A stretch of DNA of 64,000 nucleotides, taken from assembly GCA_903895695.1 (NCBI GenBank), contig CAITUY010000145.1:224-64223 (forward strand), written 5' to 3'. The notes below the pieces were generated by a model. The model was not told the origin of the DNA. It saw only the letters and a program-made list of their open reading frames with translations, and did not search any database. The position numbers and the translations under genes were made by a program. Below, in pieces: positions 19,448 through 28,609 of this stretch (position 1 is the stretch's first letter; each line of letters starts with the position of its first letter). Source of the stretch: an uncultured bacterium (GTDB lineage Bacteria > Verrucomicrobiota > Kiritimatiellia > CAIKKV01 > CAITUY01).

Positions 19448-20704
19448 TCAAAAGTTGTCAGCCTGATAGACGAACGGCCAGCAACGCGGAAAGAGAATCG
19501 ACAAGGGTCCAATCAGGGCGGCGGGGATTCGCACGCCGGGGTCCTGCCGCAGGTCGCCGGGAGTGTAGTACCCGGTCAGCAACCCCGGCAGCCAGCGCTC
19601 GGAGATGAACGCTACGGGGGCCCGGACGCCCTGCGTCACCGTGCCGCCGGCTGCCGAAAGGCGCAGGCCAACCTGGCAGCCCTCGGTCGCCAGCGTGAAC
19701 TCCAGCACACGGGTGACTTGGCAGGCGCGAAGCCTCGCCGCCAGTAGATCCATCATGCCCACCATGACCTGAGGCAGGTCCAGGATGCACAGTAATGCCC
19801 CGCCGATGGGATTGCAGTACTCGTGGAAGACACCGCCGACATGCTGCCGACAGAAGGTCACCAATGCATCGTCACGCGGCACCTTGAGTTCGACCTGTTC
19901 GACCTTCTTCCGTCGCGCTGCCTTGTAGACGGCGCCTAGGGCGGCCTGGCAGGCGGCGGGCCGCTGCGCCACGACGATCTCCCTGAGATGAAAGGCATCG
20001 ACAGGGTCAAACGTCACATAGCCGACAAGGCGGTCGCGCGCGTCACGAATCGTATGTGGCTTGTGGAAGAAGAATGCAGATCGCCCCGGTCCGGCCAGCC
20101 ATTGCCAGACGCGGTCATCGCGTCGCGCCGCGCACAGGCGATCTCGGGTGGCGCGGTCATACAGACGGCCCACCTCACCAAGGTCCGATGGCCTCATCGG
20201 CACCAGACGACCGTACGTCGCGCAGAATTGCATGTTGTCCCGCGCCACTACGATCTTGCTCTTCGCAAGGAAGGGAAAGAAGCCGAGGCGCCCGTAGAAG
20301 CCGCGTACTCCTTGCAGATAAGCCAGCGGGATGCCCCGAGTCCGCATGTAGGCCTGGGCGTCTCGAAAGAGGGCGGAGGCAAAGCCGTGCCCCTCGAACT
20401 CGGGATGCGTGGCGACGGGACCGATCGTCATGGCCGGTATGGTGCAGTGCCCGAAACGTATGCGCCGAAAGCCCAGAAACGCCACACTCACCACGCGTCC
20501 GTCGGCGACGACGACACGGGTGTGCTCGGGATGGTACGCCGGTGGTTTCCAGAGGGCCTCAGTGACGTGTCGTTCCCAGACGTTGGTGCGGAATGCGCGC
20601 GTCAGTGTATCGAGAACCTCCCCGCGTTCACGCTCCTCGCGCAAGGAGCCCACGCGCTGTAACACGTACCGTTTCCGGCGCACAACGTTCACGTTGCCCG
20701 TCAA
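19448..20704 (-). CDS. GNAT N-acyltransferase, Eis-like (tandem GNAT plus SCP2-like C-terminus)
   Basis: IGPVATHPEFEGHGFASAL and FYGRLGF motifs; 418 aa; overlaps the aminotransferase stop. Confidence 0.75.
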   Translation of the reverse strand: MTGNVNVVRRKRYVLQRVGSLREERERGEVLDTLTRAFRTNVWERHVTEALWKPPAYHPEHTRVVVADGRVVSVAFLGFRRIRFGHCTIPAMTIGPVATHPEFEGHGFASALFRDAQAYMRTRGIPLAYLQGVRGFYGRLGFFPFLAKSKIVVARDNMQFCATYGRLVPMRPSDLGEVGRLYDRATRDRLCAARRDDRVWQWLAGPGRSAFFFHKPHTIRDARDRLVGYVTFDPVDAFHLREIVVAQRPAACQAALGAVYKAARRKKVEQVELKVPRDDALVTFCRQHVGGVFHEYCNPIGGALLCILDLPQVMVGMMDLLAARLRACQVTRVLEFTLATEGCQVGLRLSAAGGTVTQGVRAPVAFISERWLPGLLTGYYTPGDLRQDPGVRIPAALIGPLSILFPRCWPFVYQADNF

Positions 20705-21888
20705 CGCGCCTGCTCCTTGGCTATGGCGGCAAACGCTGCGGCAGCCTGGCGCATGTGGGACGCGTCAATCGGCGGGTGTACGGGCAGTTCCAGGACCCGC
20801 CGATCACAGTAATCCTCGATAACTGGGAAACTTAGATCCGCGTAGTGGGCAGGCATCCGGTCACGTCCCTCGTATAGCGACCACTTCCACGGGCATCCGC
20901 GCGCCGGCTCCACGGTTGGGTTGAAAAGGGGATGCCGATGCAGGGGTTGCCAGGTGCGTTCAGCCGGCACGCCGGCATCTCGCAGGCGCGCGGCAAAATC
21001 CGCCGCCGTGCCCACCCGATCCGGGTCGCACTCGACGAGCACGCGGTAGTATACGCCTTTCGTGTTCGGCAGGGGTTTGCGGACCCGCACGCCGGGTATG
21101 GCGTCAAGAAGCGTGCCCAACCGTTCGGCATTCCGGATCCGCACGTCATTGTCCGCATCCAGACGGCGGAGCCGAACCCGTCCGATCGCCGCCGCCAACT
21201 CGGTCATACGATAGTTGTAACTCAATTCGGTATGGCCAAAAGAACGCAGCCGAAAAAGGGCGGACGCAATATCCGCGTCATCGGTGACCAGGATCCCGCC
21301 GTCGCCCACGCAAAGGGCCTTGCGCTGGTGCAAACTGAAGACGCCCACGTCTCCGAAGGTGCCGATCATGCGGCCCTTGTACGAGGCGCCGTGTGCATGA
21401 GAGGCATCCTCGATCAGGCGTAGGCCGCGTCGCCGACACAGGGCCACAATCGGGTCCAAGTCCGCGGGATAGCCGAACATGTGCACGAGAATGACTGCTT
21501 TGGTGCGATTTGTGATCTTCGCCTCGATCGTCTCGGCCGACAGTGCGAGAGTGGCCGCATCGCAGTCGGCGAATACCGGCACGCCGTTTTGCATGACCAC
21601 GCACGACGCCGACGAAATCCACGTGTACGGCGGCACGATGACCTCATCGTTGACGCCGATATTCAGCGCCGCCAAGGCCAGGTGCAGTCCTTCTGTGGCA
21701 TTCCCGACGCCGCGCGCGAACCGGGCACCCACGTAGTCTGCATACTCCCCCTCGAATGCCGCTACCTCACCGGCGGCAAAGAGCTGGTTGGATGCGATGA
21801 CCCGTACGACGGCCTCCTTCTCCGCCTCGCCGAGGATGGGCCACGGCGGCCAAGGTTGGGAATTGACTGGAATCGGGGAGTTGCTCAT
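20701..21888 (-). CDS. DegT/DnrJ/EryC1/StrS sugar aminotransferase
   Basis: NATEGLHLAL, VHMFG, IEDASHAHGA, FSLHQRKAL (catalytic Lys), NYRMTELAAA. Confidence 0.9.
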   Translation of the reverse strand: MSNSPIPVNSQPWPPWPILGEAEKEAVVRVIASNQLFAAGEVAAFEGEYADYVGARFARGVGNATEGLHLALAALNIGVNDEVIVPPYTWISSASCVVMQNGVPVFADCDAATLALSAETIEAKITNRTKAVILVHMFGYPADLDPIVALCRRRGLRLIEDASHAHGASYKGRMIGTFGDVGVFSLHQRKALCVGDGGILVTDDADIASALFRLRSFGHTELSYNYRMTELAAAIGRVRLRRLDADNDVRIRNAERLGTLLDAIPGVRVRKPLPNTKGVYYRVLVECDPDRVGTAADFAARLRDAGVPAERTWQPLHRHPLFNPTVEPARGCPWKWSLYEGRDRMPAHYADLSFPVIEDYCDRRVLELPVHPPIDASHMRQAAAAFAAIAKEQAR

Positions 21889-21927
21889 TTGGCTCCAGGC
21901 CTTTCTTTGGCAGTTCGAATGTGGACG

Positions 21928-23004
21928 TCAGGGGACGGACCGACCGGGATGAGCGGCGCCGACCCCGTCGTGCATGCGGATCATACACCGGCCCGCAACA
22001 GTGCCGGCCCGCATGGCATCCAGCGCGCCGTTGATATTGCCCAACGCATACCGGTTGGTGATGAGCCGGCCTGCGGCGAGAACGCCGGCTTTGGTCAGGC
22101 GGACATAGCGGGGGATATCTTCGGTCGGATTCGCTTCGCCGCCATGGGATCCCGTGAGCACCTTGCCGAAATGCAGCGGGAGCGAGTAGATGGAAATGTT
22201 TTGGCCTTTGCGCGGCACGCCGACCAACACCACGCGCCCTTGCGGTCCGGCGACCTCGTACGCGAGTTCGATCATGCCCGTGTTGCCGGTCGTCTCAACG
22301 ACGACATCGGCCCCGCGCGTGCCCAGAATTCCCGCGATCGCGTCCCTGACGACGGTAGTTCGCGCGTTGATGGTGTGGGTGGCACCGACCTCACGCGCCA
22401 AGGCGAGCCGCTCCTCGACGAGGTCGACCGCGACGATGGGATGGGCGGACGTCAACGCGGCCCCTTGCACGACGTTCAGACCCACGCCACCCGTGCCCAG
22501 TACAACGATCGATTCCCCAAGGGACAACTTCGCGTTGTTGACGATCACGCCCAGGCCGGTTGTGACGGCACAACCCATCAACGCCGCAATCTCCGGGTCC
22601 ACATCGGCGGGCACCGCCGTCAGGCGATTCTCGGACACGACCGCATATTCGTTGAACGTCGTGACCCACCCCGCATTGACCGTCTTGCCGTCCCACCGGT
22701 ACTTAGGGGGATCGGCCTCGATCCCGACACCCTTGCGCCAGTGCAGCACAACGCGGTCATCCTGGCGCACCGCCTTGACGCCCGGCCCCGTCTCCAGGAC
22801 GATCCCGCCGCCCTCATGCCCGAGCAAATGCGGCAGGAACCGGTCCGGTCCCTTGGCGCCGTCGATCTCGCCCAACTGCGAACCACAGATGCCGCTGCAC
22901 AGCACCTTGACCAGAACCTGCCCGACACCCAGCGTCGGGAGCTCAATCTCGTCGACAACCAAGGGTTGTTTCAACTCGACCAGGATCGCGGCGCGACTCT
23001 TCAT
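21928..23004 (-). CDS. Zn-dependent alcohol dehydrogenase (MDR)
   Basis: SGICGSQ, LGHEGGG, GCAVTTG, GTGGVG; lacks the four-Cys structural Zn loop. Confidence 0.9.
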   Translation of the reverse strand: MKSRAAILVELKQPLVVDEIELPTLGVGQVLVKVLCSGICGSQLGEIDGAKGPDRFLPHLLGHEGGGIVLETGPGVKAVRQDDRVVLHWRKGVGIEADPPKYRWDGKTVNAGWVTTFNEYAVVSENRLTAVPADVDPEIAALMGCAVTTGLGVIVNNAKLSLGESIVVLGTGGVGLNVVQGAALTSAHPIVAVDLVEERLALAREVGATHTINARTTVVRDAIAGILGTRGADVVVETTGNTGMIELAYEVAGPQGRVVLVGVPRKGQNISIYSLPLHFGKVLTGSHGGEANPTEDIPRYVRLTKAGVLAAGRLITNRYALGNINGALDAMRAGTVAGRCMIRMHDGVGAAHPGRSVP

Positions 23005-23019
23005 GGTGCGGTCCCCAAA

Positions 23020-23152
23020 CGAAGGGCGGAGGGCGTGGAGCCAAGAGCAGAGGGCAAAGAGCCAAGAGCAGAGGGCAAAGAGCCAAGAGCAGAGGGCGAA
23101 GAGCGATGAGCGGAGGGCGAAGAGCCAAGGGCGAAGAGCGGAGGGCGGAGGG
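23020..23152. repeat. Array of 19 degenerate heptamers (consensus about CNRAGRG) abutting the stop codon of the four-helix-bundle gene
   Basis: cgaaggg cggaggg cgtggag ccaagag cagaggg caaagag ccaagag cagaggg caaagag ccaagag cagaggg cgaagag cgatgag cggaggg cgaagag ccaaggg cgaagag cggaggg cggaggg; 7-nt phase kept throughout. Confidence 0.92.
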
Positions 23153-23518
23153 TCATGTTGGCCTCAGGGTGCGGGAGAAACTGGTCAGCATCCGGCTCAG
23201 TTGATCGCAGTCGTCGAGCAGCGTGTCAACCTGCCCGGCATCCCACAGTCCCATGGCCTCGAATACAAGTAGCATGGATGCGTTTTCGAACAGTGAGCGC
23301 CGGGCAATGTTGAGAAATTGCTGAAATTCCTTCTTGTGCATACTGCCGGAACCCTCCGCAATGTTGTTCGGCACCGACAACGCAGCCGCTCTCAACTGCT
23401 CTGCATACCGGTAGAGTCTCTTGGCCTCCAATTGCTCTGCCAGACGGTGCAGGGCCACCGCCATCTGCCTCGCCTTTCGCCAGACATCAAGATCCTCAAA
23501 CCGAAAATGCGCCCTCAT
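23153..23518 (-). CDS. Four helix bundle protein (so-called 23S rRNA intervening sequence protein family)
   Basis: FRFEDLDVW, QLRAAALSVPNNIAEGS, FLNIARRSLFE signature; 121 aa; GAGGGG RBS. Confidence 0.92.
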   Translation of the reverse strand: MRAHFRFEDLDVWRKARQMAVALHRLAEQLEAKRLYRYAEQLRAAALSVPNNIAEGSGSMHKKEFQQFLNIARRSLFENASMLLVFEAMGLWDAGQVDTLLDDCDQLSRMLTSFSRTLRPT

Positions 23519-23523
23519 ATCCC

Positions 23524-23565
23524 CTCTTACCTCTTCGCTCCTTGCTCTTTGCTCTTCGCTCCTTA
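23524..23565. repeat. Array of 6 heptamers (CTCYTYG-like), reverse complement of the 23020-23152 array
   Basis: ctcttac ctcttcg ctccttg ctctttg ctcttcg ctcctta. Confidence 0.85.
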
Positions 23566-24225
23566 CTCGAAGTAGATGAAGGAGTGATCGCCCGAATAGC
23601 CTGTCAGTTTGAACCACCACTCCCATTCCTCTGGCGTACAGAACATCTCGCAGGTGAACTGCCAGTACATCAGGTTAACCTTCTCCTCCTCAGTGCGATA
23701 CGATTCGACGCAGATGTACTTGTTCTTCCGACCCACGCGTTCGATTTCTTTGAGCGCCGCAAAACAGTCAAAGGCGTACAAATTATGAATTGTGTTGATG
23801 GACACGACAAGGTCAAAACTCCCGTCCGCAAAGGGCAGTCTATTGGCATTGCACACAGAAACGCGGTCCTTGATCTCTTCTTTGGCGTGTTCGATGGCAT
23901 ACCGTGAGATGTCGATCCCGGTGACCTCGACGCCCGGCACCACCTGCGTGAAGTCGTACAGCAGGAAACCCTTGCCGCAGCCCACGTCGAGAATTCGGTC
24001 CCCCGCCTTGAGCCCGTAGTGGTCCGCCATCGCTTTGGCGACTTTCTGCCAGCGCCCGTCGTAACGATAGCCCCCGTAGCCGGTCGTTCGATCGCCGTCC
24101 CAGTATTCCACGTCGAACTTCTTCGCGATCTTCGCCACTTCGGCCTTGGGTCGTTCCAGGACCCGGGCCACATAGTCGCGCTTGGTGCTCTTATGCACAG
24201 TCGATAGAAAATCAATGTAGGCCAT
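23563..24225 (-). CDS. Class I SAM-dependent methyltransferase
   Basis: YWDGDRTTGYGGYRYDGRW, ILDVGCGKGFL, LPFADGSFDLV; GGAG RBS. Confidence 0.88.
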   Translation of the reverse strand: MAYIDFLSTVHKSTKRDYVARVLERPKAEVAKIAKKFDVEYWDGDRTTGYGGYRYDGRWQKVAKAMADHYGLKAGDRILDVGCGKGFLLYDFTQVVPGVEVTGIDISRYAIEHAKEEIKDRVSVCNANRLPFADGSFDLVVSINTIHNLYAFDCFAALKEIERVGRKNKYICVESYRTEEEKVNLMYWQFTCEMFCTPEEWEWWFKLTGYSGDHSFIYFE

Positions 24226-24250
24226 GGAACGGTCTCCTTCAGTTTCAACC

Positions 24251-25279
24251 CTAATGCTGCTCCAACGCCTGCGCCAGTGCGGCCCGAGCCTTCTGCAGTT
24301 GGCTCGCCTTGCGCTCCTCGGCAGCGACTCCCTTGCGGGCAAAATGGCGCCGCCGTCCACCGACCGGAAGAAAGTCGTTCAACATGATACAGCACCATTT
24401 CAACCTGTACACAGGCATGAGTACCTCGACGCGCCGACGGCACTTAGCTGCCCCGTGGGCGGCGTCCGCGACCCCATCCAGAAAGGCGCCCAGAAACGTC
24501 CGGGGAACCGGCACGGCGGGCTGGCAGAAGAAGTCACACACCGCTTTGGCGGGATCGTCCCACCCGGCATACTCGAAGTCGATGAAACGCCAGTCCCCGG
24601 TCCCGACCACGATGGCGTTGTGATAGCCGAAATCGGAGGGCGAAATGCAGCGTTCGGCCGCGGCGAGCGGGCGATCCAAGGCCAGGCCCAACTCGCCAGC
24701 CTGCCGCCTGGCATTCTCGATGATGCGCGCCGCGCCGCCGCTCAAGGCGCTGATCACGAAACCACGGGCTTCGGCTTGAATGCCCGCCCCGCCTTCCATC
24801 GCTTGCAAGATGCCGACCCGTCGTTCGAGGCATCGCAGGTGCTCCTCCAGCGTGAAGCAGGCTTCGGACGCGGTCGGCAGCAAGCTGGCCTCGCAGGCAT
24901 CCCGATGAGCGTTTAGGCCTTGCCAGAAGCGCAGCGCCGCTTCGATGGCCGGGGCCCCGATGTCGTCAGTCGTCGGCGCCCGACCACGCAGGTAGCCGTA
25001 AAGTCCCAGCGCGTTCGCGGCGTCACACCCTAACGGTTCCGGGATGCACCGTACCCCCTGGCTCCAGGCGAAACGCGAAAACGCGAATTCCGCGCCGAGG
25101 CGGTCGCGCGTATCGCCGGGGTGCCGGAAGTATTCCTTCAGCAGCCACGTATCGACGCCGTTTTCGATGCGAAAGACCCTGTTGTTGCCGCCGCTGGCCA
25201 GGACGTGCACCTGAACGCCGACCCGACCTGTGGCCTGGCGGACCAGTTCAACCATGGCAGGGGTGGCGGCCGGCCTCAC
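24251..25279 (-). CDS. Aminoglycoside phosphotransferase/choline kinase family protein
   Basis: GGNNRVF, LLKEY, SPSDFGYHNA, FIDFEYAGWDDP; start is GTG at 25279 or ATG at 25255. Confidence 0.85.
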   Translation of the reverse strand: MRPAATPAMVELVRQATGRVGVQVHVLASGGNNRVFRIENGVDTWLLKEYFRHPGDTRDRLGAEFAFSRFAWSQGVRCIPEPLGCDAANALGLYGYLRGRAPTTDDIGAPAIEAALRFWQGLNAHRDACEASLLPTASEACFTLEEHLRCLERRVGILQAMEGGAGIQAEARGFVISALSGGAARIIENARRQAGELGLALDRPLAAAERCISPSDFGYHNAIVVGTGDWRFIDFEYAGWDDPAKAVCDFFCQPAVPVPRTFLGAFLDGVADAAHGAAKCRRRVEVLMPVYRLKWCCIMLNDFLPVGGRRRHFARKGVAAEERKASQLQKARAALAQALEQH

Positions 25280-25899
25280 ACAGATTCCTCCGCCTGCAGG
25301 ACGAAACGCTCCAGTTCCTGCCACGACGAGAACCGCTCGCCGACGCCGTGCTGCAGCCGATGCTCGCGGGCGGGGTCGAACAGCAGTTTCGTAACCCCTG
25401 CCGGGAAGGCCGGTTCGGCCAGGAACTCCGGCAGGTCGTCGATGAAATGCGTGCACGCGGTTTCGGCGATGCGCCGCAGCTTCTCGGCTTTGGTCAGCTC
25501 GAAGCGCACGTGCTCACGCGGCAACCCGACCCGTGCCGGATCGAAGAACCCTTCCTGCTCCAGCCAGCCATAGGCCGCCGCATGCAGGTCGTAAGCGGGG
25601 CCCAGGTAGGGCACGCGGGTCTTGTGGCTGATGATATGAACATCGATGCCGCGGCGCAGCCAGTGGGCCAGACAGTCGCAGACTCCCTCAAACGCCGCGG
25701 CATCCGCCATGCGCGCGCCATAGACGTAGCCCTGCAATTCGGTCCAGGCGTCCTCGCGGCCGATCGCCCGCAGGTGGTCGCGTACGGCCTGTTTGTGGAC
25801 GGGGAGCGTGTCGGGGATCAGGCCCTTCTCGACGGCAACGCGGTGGAAGACACGATCGTAGCTGACAATGGTGTTGTCGAAATCAACGCCGATCAACAT
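25276..25899 (-). CDS. HAD-superfamily hydrolase
   Basis: IGVDFDNT motif I, SHKT, FIDDL motif IV. Confidence 0.85.
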   Translation of the reverse strand: MLIGVDFDNTIVSYDRVFHRVAVEKGLIPDTLPVHKQAVRDHLRAIGREDAWTELQGYVYGARMADAAAFEGVCDCLAHWLRRGIDVHIISHKTRVPYLGPAYDLHAAAYGWLEQEGFFDPARVGLPREHVRFELTKAEKLRRIAETACTHFIDDLPEFLAEPAFPAGVTKLLFDPAREHRLQHGVGERFSSWQELERFVLQAEESV

Positions 25900-26830
25900 G
25901 AGCCTCACCCGTCTCCATCATCGCCAGCGTTTGCGCCACGATGCCCCCGGGCGTCAGCCCAAAATACGCGCGCGCATCGTCTTGGCTTCCGGCCTCGTGC
26001 AGGAATCGATCCCCCGTCCCGATCCGGCATAGACGGCCTGCTGTCACCGGATGATCCGAGAGCCACTCGGCGACACTTCCGCCCAAGCCGCCCAGACGAC
26101 TGTGCTCTTCAATCGTCACCACGATCCTGAAGGACCGGAAGGCTTCAGCGAGCAGGGCCTCGTCCAGCGGCTTGACCGTATGCAAGCTGACCACCTGGGC
26201 GGAGAGTCCTTTTTCCGTGAAGCGGTCGGCGGCCTGCATGACCACCGGCAGGATGGTGCCTGCACTGAGCAGGCATACGTCACGCCCGGGTCTGATCACG
26301 ATGCCCTTGCCAATCTCGAACGGCGGGGGGCTCGCATGCACGATCGGTTCCCCCTTCTTGCCGAGGCGGATGTAGACCGGCCCCGGATGCTGCAGGGCCG
26401 CCCGCAGCGCCAACCGCACCTCCACGGCATCGCCCGGGCAGATGACGGTCATATTGGGCAGGACCCGCAAGAACGCGATATCCTCGCAGGAATGGTGCGT
26501 CGTGCCGAGGCTTGCGTAGGACAGTCCGCTGCCGGTGCCGACGATGATCACCGGCACATTCTGGTAGCAGATGTCCACCCGGATTTGTTCCAGGCAACGG
26601 GTGGTGACGAACGGGGTAATCGTATAAGTGATCGGCCGCAGCCCGCACAAGGCCATGCCGGCGGCCACACCGGTCATATTGGCTTCAGCCACGCCGCAGT
26701 TCAGGAAGCGGCCCGGCGCGGTTGCCTTCAGTTTGTCGAACAGCCGGTTGCCGATGTCGCCCGAGAGCAGGACCACCCGCTTGTCAGCCGCCGCGAGCGC
26801 CGTTACTTCTGAGGCAAAGGCGTTCCTCAT
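25883..26830 (-). CDS. Transketolase, C-terminal subunit
   Basis: MRNAF, NCGVAEANM, EQIRVD, GTTHHSCED, YIRLGK, IEEH. Confidence 0.92.
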   Translation of the reverse strand: MRNAFASEVTALAAADKRVVLLSGDIGNRLFDKLKATAPGRFLNCGVAEANMTGVAAGMALCGLRPITYTITPFVTTRCLEQIRVDICYQNVPVIIVGTGSGLSYASLGTTHHSCEDIAFLRVLPNMTVICPGDAVEVRLALRAALQHPGPVYIRLGKKGEPIVHASPPPFEIGKGIVIRPGRDVCLLSAGTILPVVMQAADRFTEKGLSAQVVSLHTVKPLDEALLAEAFRSFRIVVTIEEHSRLGGLGGSVAEWLSDHPVTAGRLCRIGTGDRFLHEAGSQDDARAYFGLTPGGIVAQTLAMMETGEAHVDRR

Positions 26831-27642
26831 GACAGGCCCAGCTCCTTGCGCGCCGCGGATAGTTCGTCGGCTGTGGGCACCCGGTAATGCCAGTTGTTGT
26901 CATCCTCCATGAAGGACACGCCCTTGCCCTTGACCGTATTGGCGATGATGGCGACCGGCTTTCCTGAACCATCCGGCACTCGTTGCATCAGCTCGGCCAG
27001 AGCCTTCACATCGTGTCCATCGACTTCGGTGGCGCTCCAACCGAACGCTTGCCACTTCTCCCTGAGCGGACAGAGCGCCATCACCTCGCAACTGCGGCCG
27101 GTGGCCTGCCAGCGGTTGAAATCCACAATGGCGCACAGATTCACAACCCCCTGGGCTGGCGCCATCATGGCGGCTTCCCAAGAAGATCCCTCGTTGCACT
27201 CGCCGTCGCTCATCGTGACATAGACCCGATACGGGCGCTCTTGTATCCGACTGGCCAACGCCATGCCAAGGCCGAGGGGAAGTCCATGTCCCAGCGATCC
27301 GGTGGCTGCCTCGACGCCCGGAACGCAGTTCGGCGTCGGGTGCTCCTCAAGTCGACTGCCGTGGGAAGCGTAGGTGTCCAACAAGCTCTCGGGAAAAAAT
27401 CCATGAAAGGCGAGTGCCGCATACAGAGCGGTGGCCGCATGGCCTTTGCTCAGGATGAACCGATCCCGCCCGGGGTCAGCCGGTGCGCCCGGGTCAATCC
27501 GGAGAACGGACCCGTACGCCGCCGTGAGAATGTCCACGCAGGAAAGCGCAGACCCCAGATGCGGCGTCTCGGCCCGGTGGCTCATTTCGATGACCTTGCC
27601 GCGTATCCGCCGCGCCATGCCTTCTAGGTCTTTGCCGCGCAT
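26827..27642 (-). CDS. Transketolase, N-terminal TPP-binding subunit
   Basis: HLGSALS, DRFILSKGHA, TGSLGHG, SDGECNEG, NTVKGKGVSFME. Confidence 0.92.
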   Translation of the reverse strand: MRGKDLEGMARRIRGKVIEMSHRAETPHLGSALSCVDILTAAYGSVLRIDPGAPADPGRDRFILSKGHAATALYAALAFHGFFPESLLDTYASHGSRLEEHPTPNCVPGVEAATGSLGHGLPLGLGMALASRIQERPYRVYVTMSDGECNEGSSWEAAMMAPAQGVVNLCAIVDFNRWQATGRSCEVMALCPLREKWQAFGWSATEVDGHDVKALAELMQRVPDGSGKPVAIIANTVKGKGVSFMEDDNNWHYRVPTADELSAARKELGLS

Positions 27643-28589
27643 GCCCACCCCAGGTTCCCGATCGTCTTCATCGTCTTGATGTTGTAACAACCGTCCTCAT
27701 TCTTCAGCCGGCCTTCGCGAAAGGCCGCAATGATCTCCTGGATGGCGTCGTTGACGCCGTAACGCGGCCGAAAACCCGTGGCCAGCAGTTTGTCCGAATT
27801 GAGCCGGTACGAGCGCGGGTCGTTCGACGGCGTTACAACGATCTCGGCCGGCACATATTCCGTGACCCGGCGTGCGATATCGAGGATGGAGATGTTTTCG
27901 AAGCCGGCATTGTAGACGCCAGACATCCGTTCACGCTGTTCAAGAAGGTGCAGGTAGACACCCACCATGTCCCGTATATGGATGTTCGGCCGCGTCTGGT
28001 CTCCCCCGAATACCGTGATCCGCCCGTTGGCCAGCGCTTGAACGGCCAGCATGTTCACCGATAGGTCCAAGCGCATGCGCGGCGAATAGCCGCAGACCGT
28101 GGCCGGCCGGACACACTGGATCAGGATTTTGTCCCGGTAGCTTAACAGCACGCGCTCACTGACCATCTTGGTCTTGTTGTAGTCCGAGATCGGCACCAGC
28201 GGCAGATCCTCGGTAACCTGCGGCTCATCCTTCACCCCGTACACGCTTCCGGAACTGGCATAGACGAACTGCCGCACACCGTGGCGAATCGCGCGTTCCA
28301 CGAGTTGCATGGACGCCAGGACGTTTACCTCCCAGGAAAGCTTCGCGTCCAGTTCACTGCAGGGATCGTTAGCAACATTTGCCAGGTGAAGAACCGCCTC
28401 CACGCCGGCCATGGGAATGCGTTCGACGTCCCGGGTGTCTTGCCGGATCACCGTAAGGTTCGCGTGGGCCGGCAACCGATTGCCAAACCACATGACATCA
28501 ACGACCGTCACTTTGTGCCCCTGCCCGAGGAGCGCCTCCGTGAGCATCGTCCCGATATAGCCGCAACCGCCCGTCAAAAGAATGTTCAT
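27624..28589 (-). CDS. NAD-dependent epimerase/dehydratase
   Basis: LTGGCGYIG, ASSGSVYG, YNKTK, RPATVCGYSPRMRLDL. Confidence 0.88.
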   Translation of the reverse strand: MNILLTGGCGYIGTMLTEALLGQGHKVTVVDVMWFGNRLPAHANLTVIRQDTRDVERIPMAGVEAVLHLANVANDPCSELDAKLSWEVNVLASMQLVERAIRHGVRQFVYASSGSVYGVKDEPQVTEDLPLVPISDYNKTKMVSERVLLSYRDKILIQCVRPATVCGYSPRMRLDLSVNMLAVQALANGRITVFGGDQTRPNIHIRDMVGVYLHLLEQRERMSGVYNAGFENISILDIARRVTEYVPAEIVVTPSNDPRSYRLNSDKLLATGFRPRYGVNDAIQEIIAAFREGRLKNEDGCYNIKTMKTIGNLGWACAAKT

Positions 28590-28609
28590 GCAGGACCCCC
28601 GTATCGAGT

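Noticed and set aside
23041-23103. 21-bp tandem repeat as a CRISPR array or coding repeat (EPRAEGK in ORF 21481..23109)
   Set aside because: There are no spacers or cas genes; it is a 3x7 higher-order unit of the heptamer array, and the ORF is an antisense shadow of real genes.
23153-23518. 23S rRNA gene or diversity-generating retroelement implied by the protein family
   Set aside because: No rRNA sequence, reverse transcriptase or TR/VR pair is visible in the window.
24251-25279. Aminoglycoside resistance gene (APH), and likewise the Eis-like GNAT
   Set aside because: Only fold-level motifs are present, and both genes are tightly coupled within a biosynthetic operon with no mobile resistance context.
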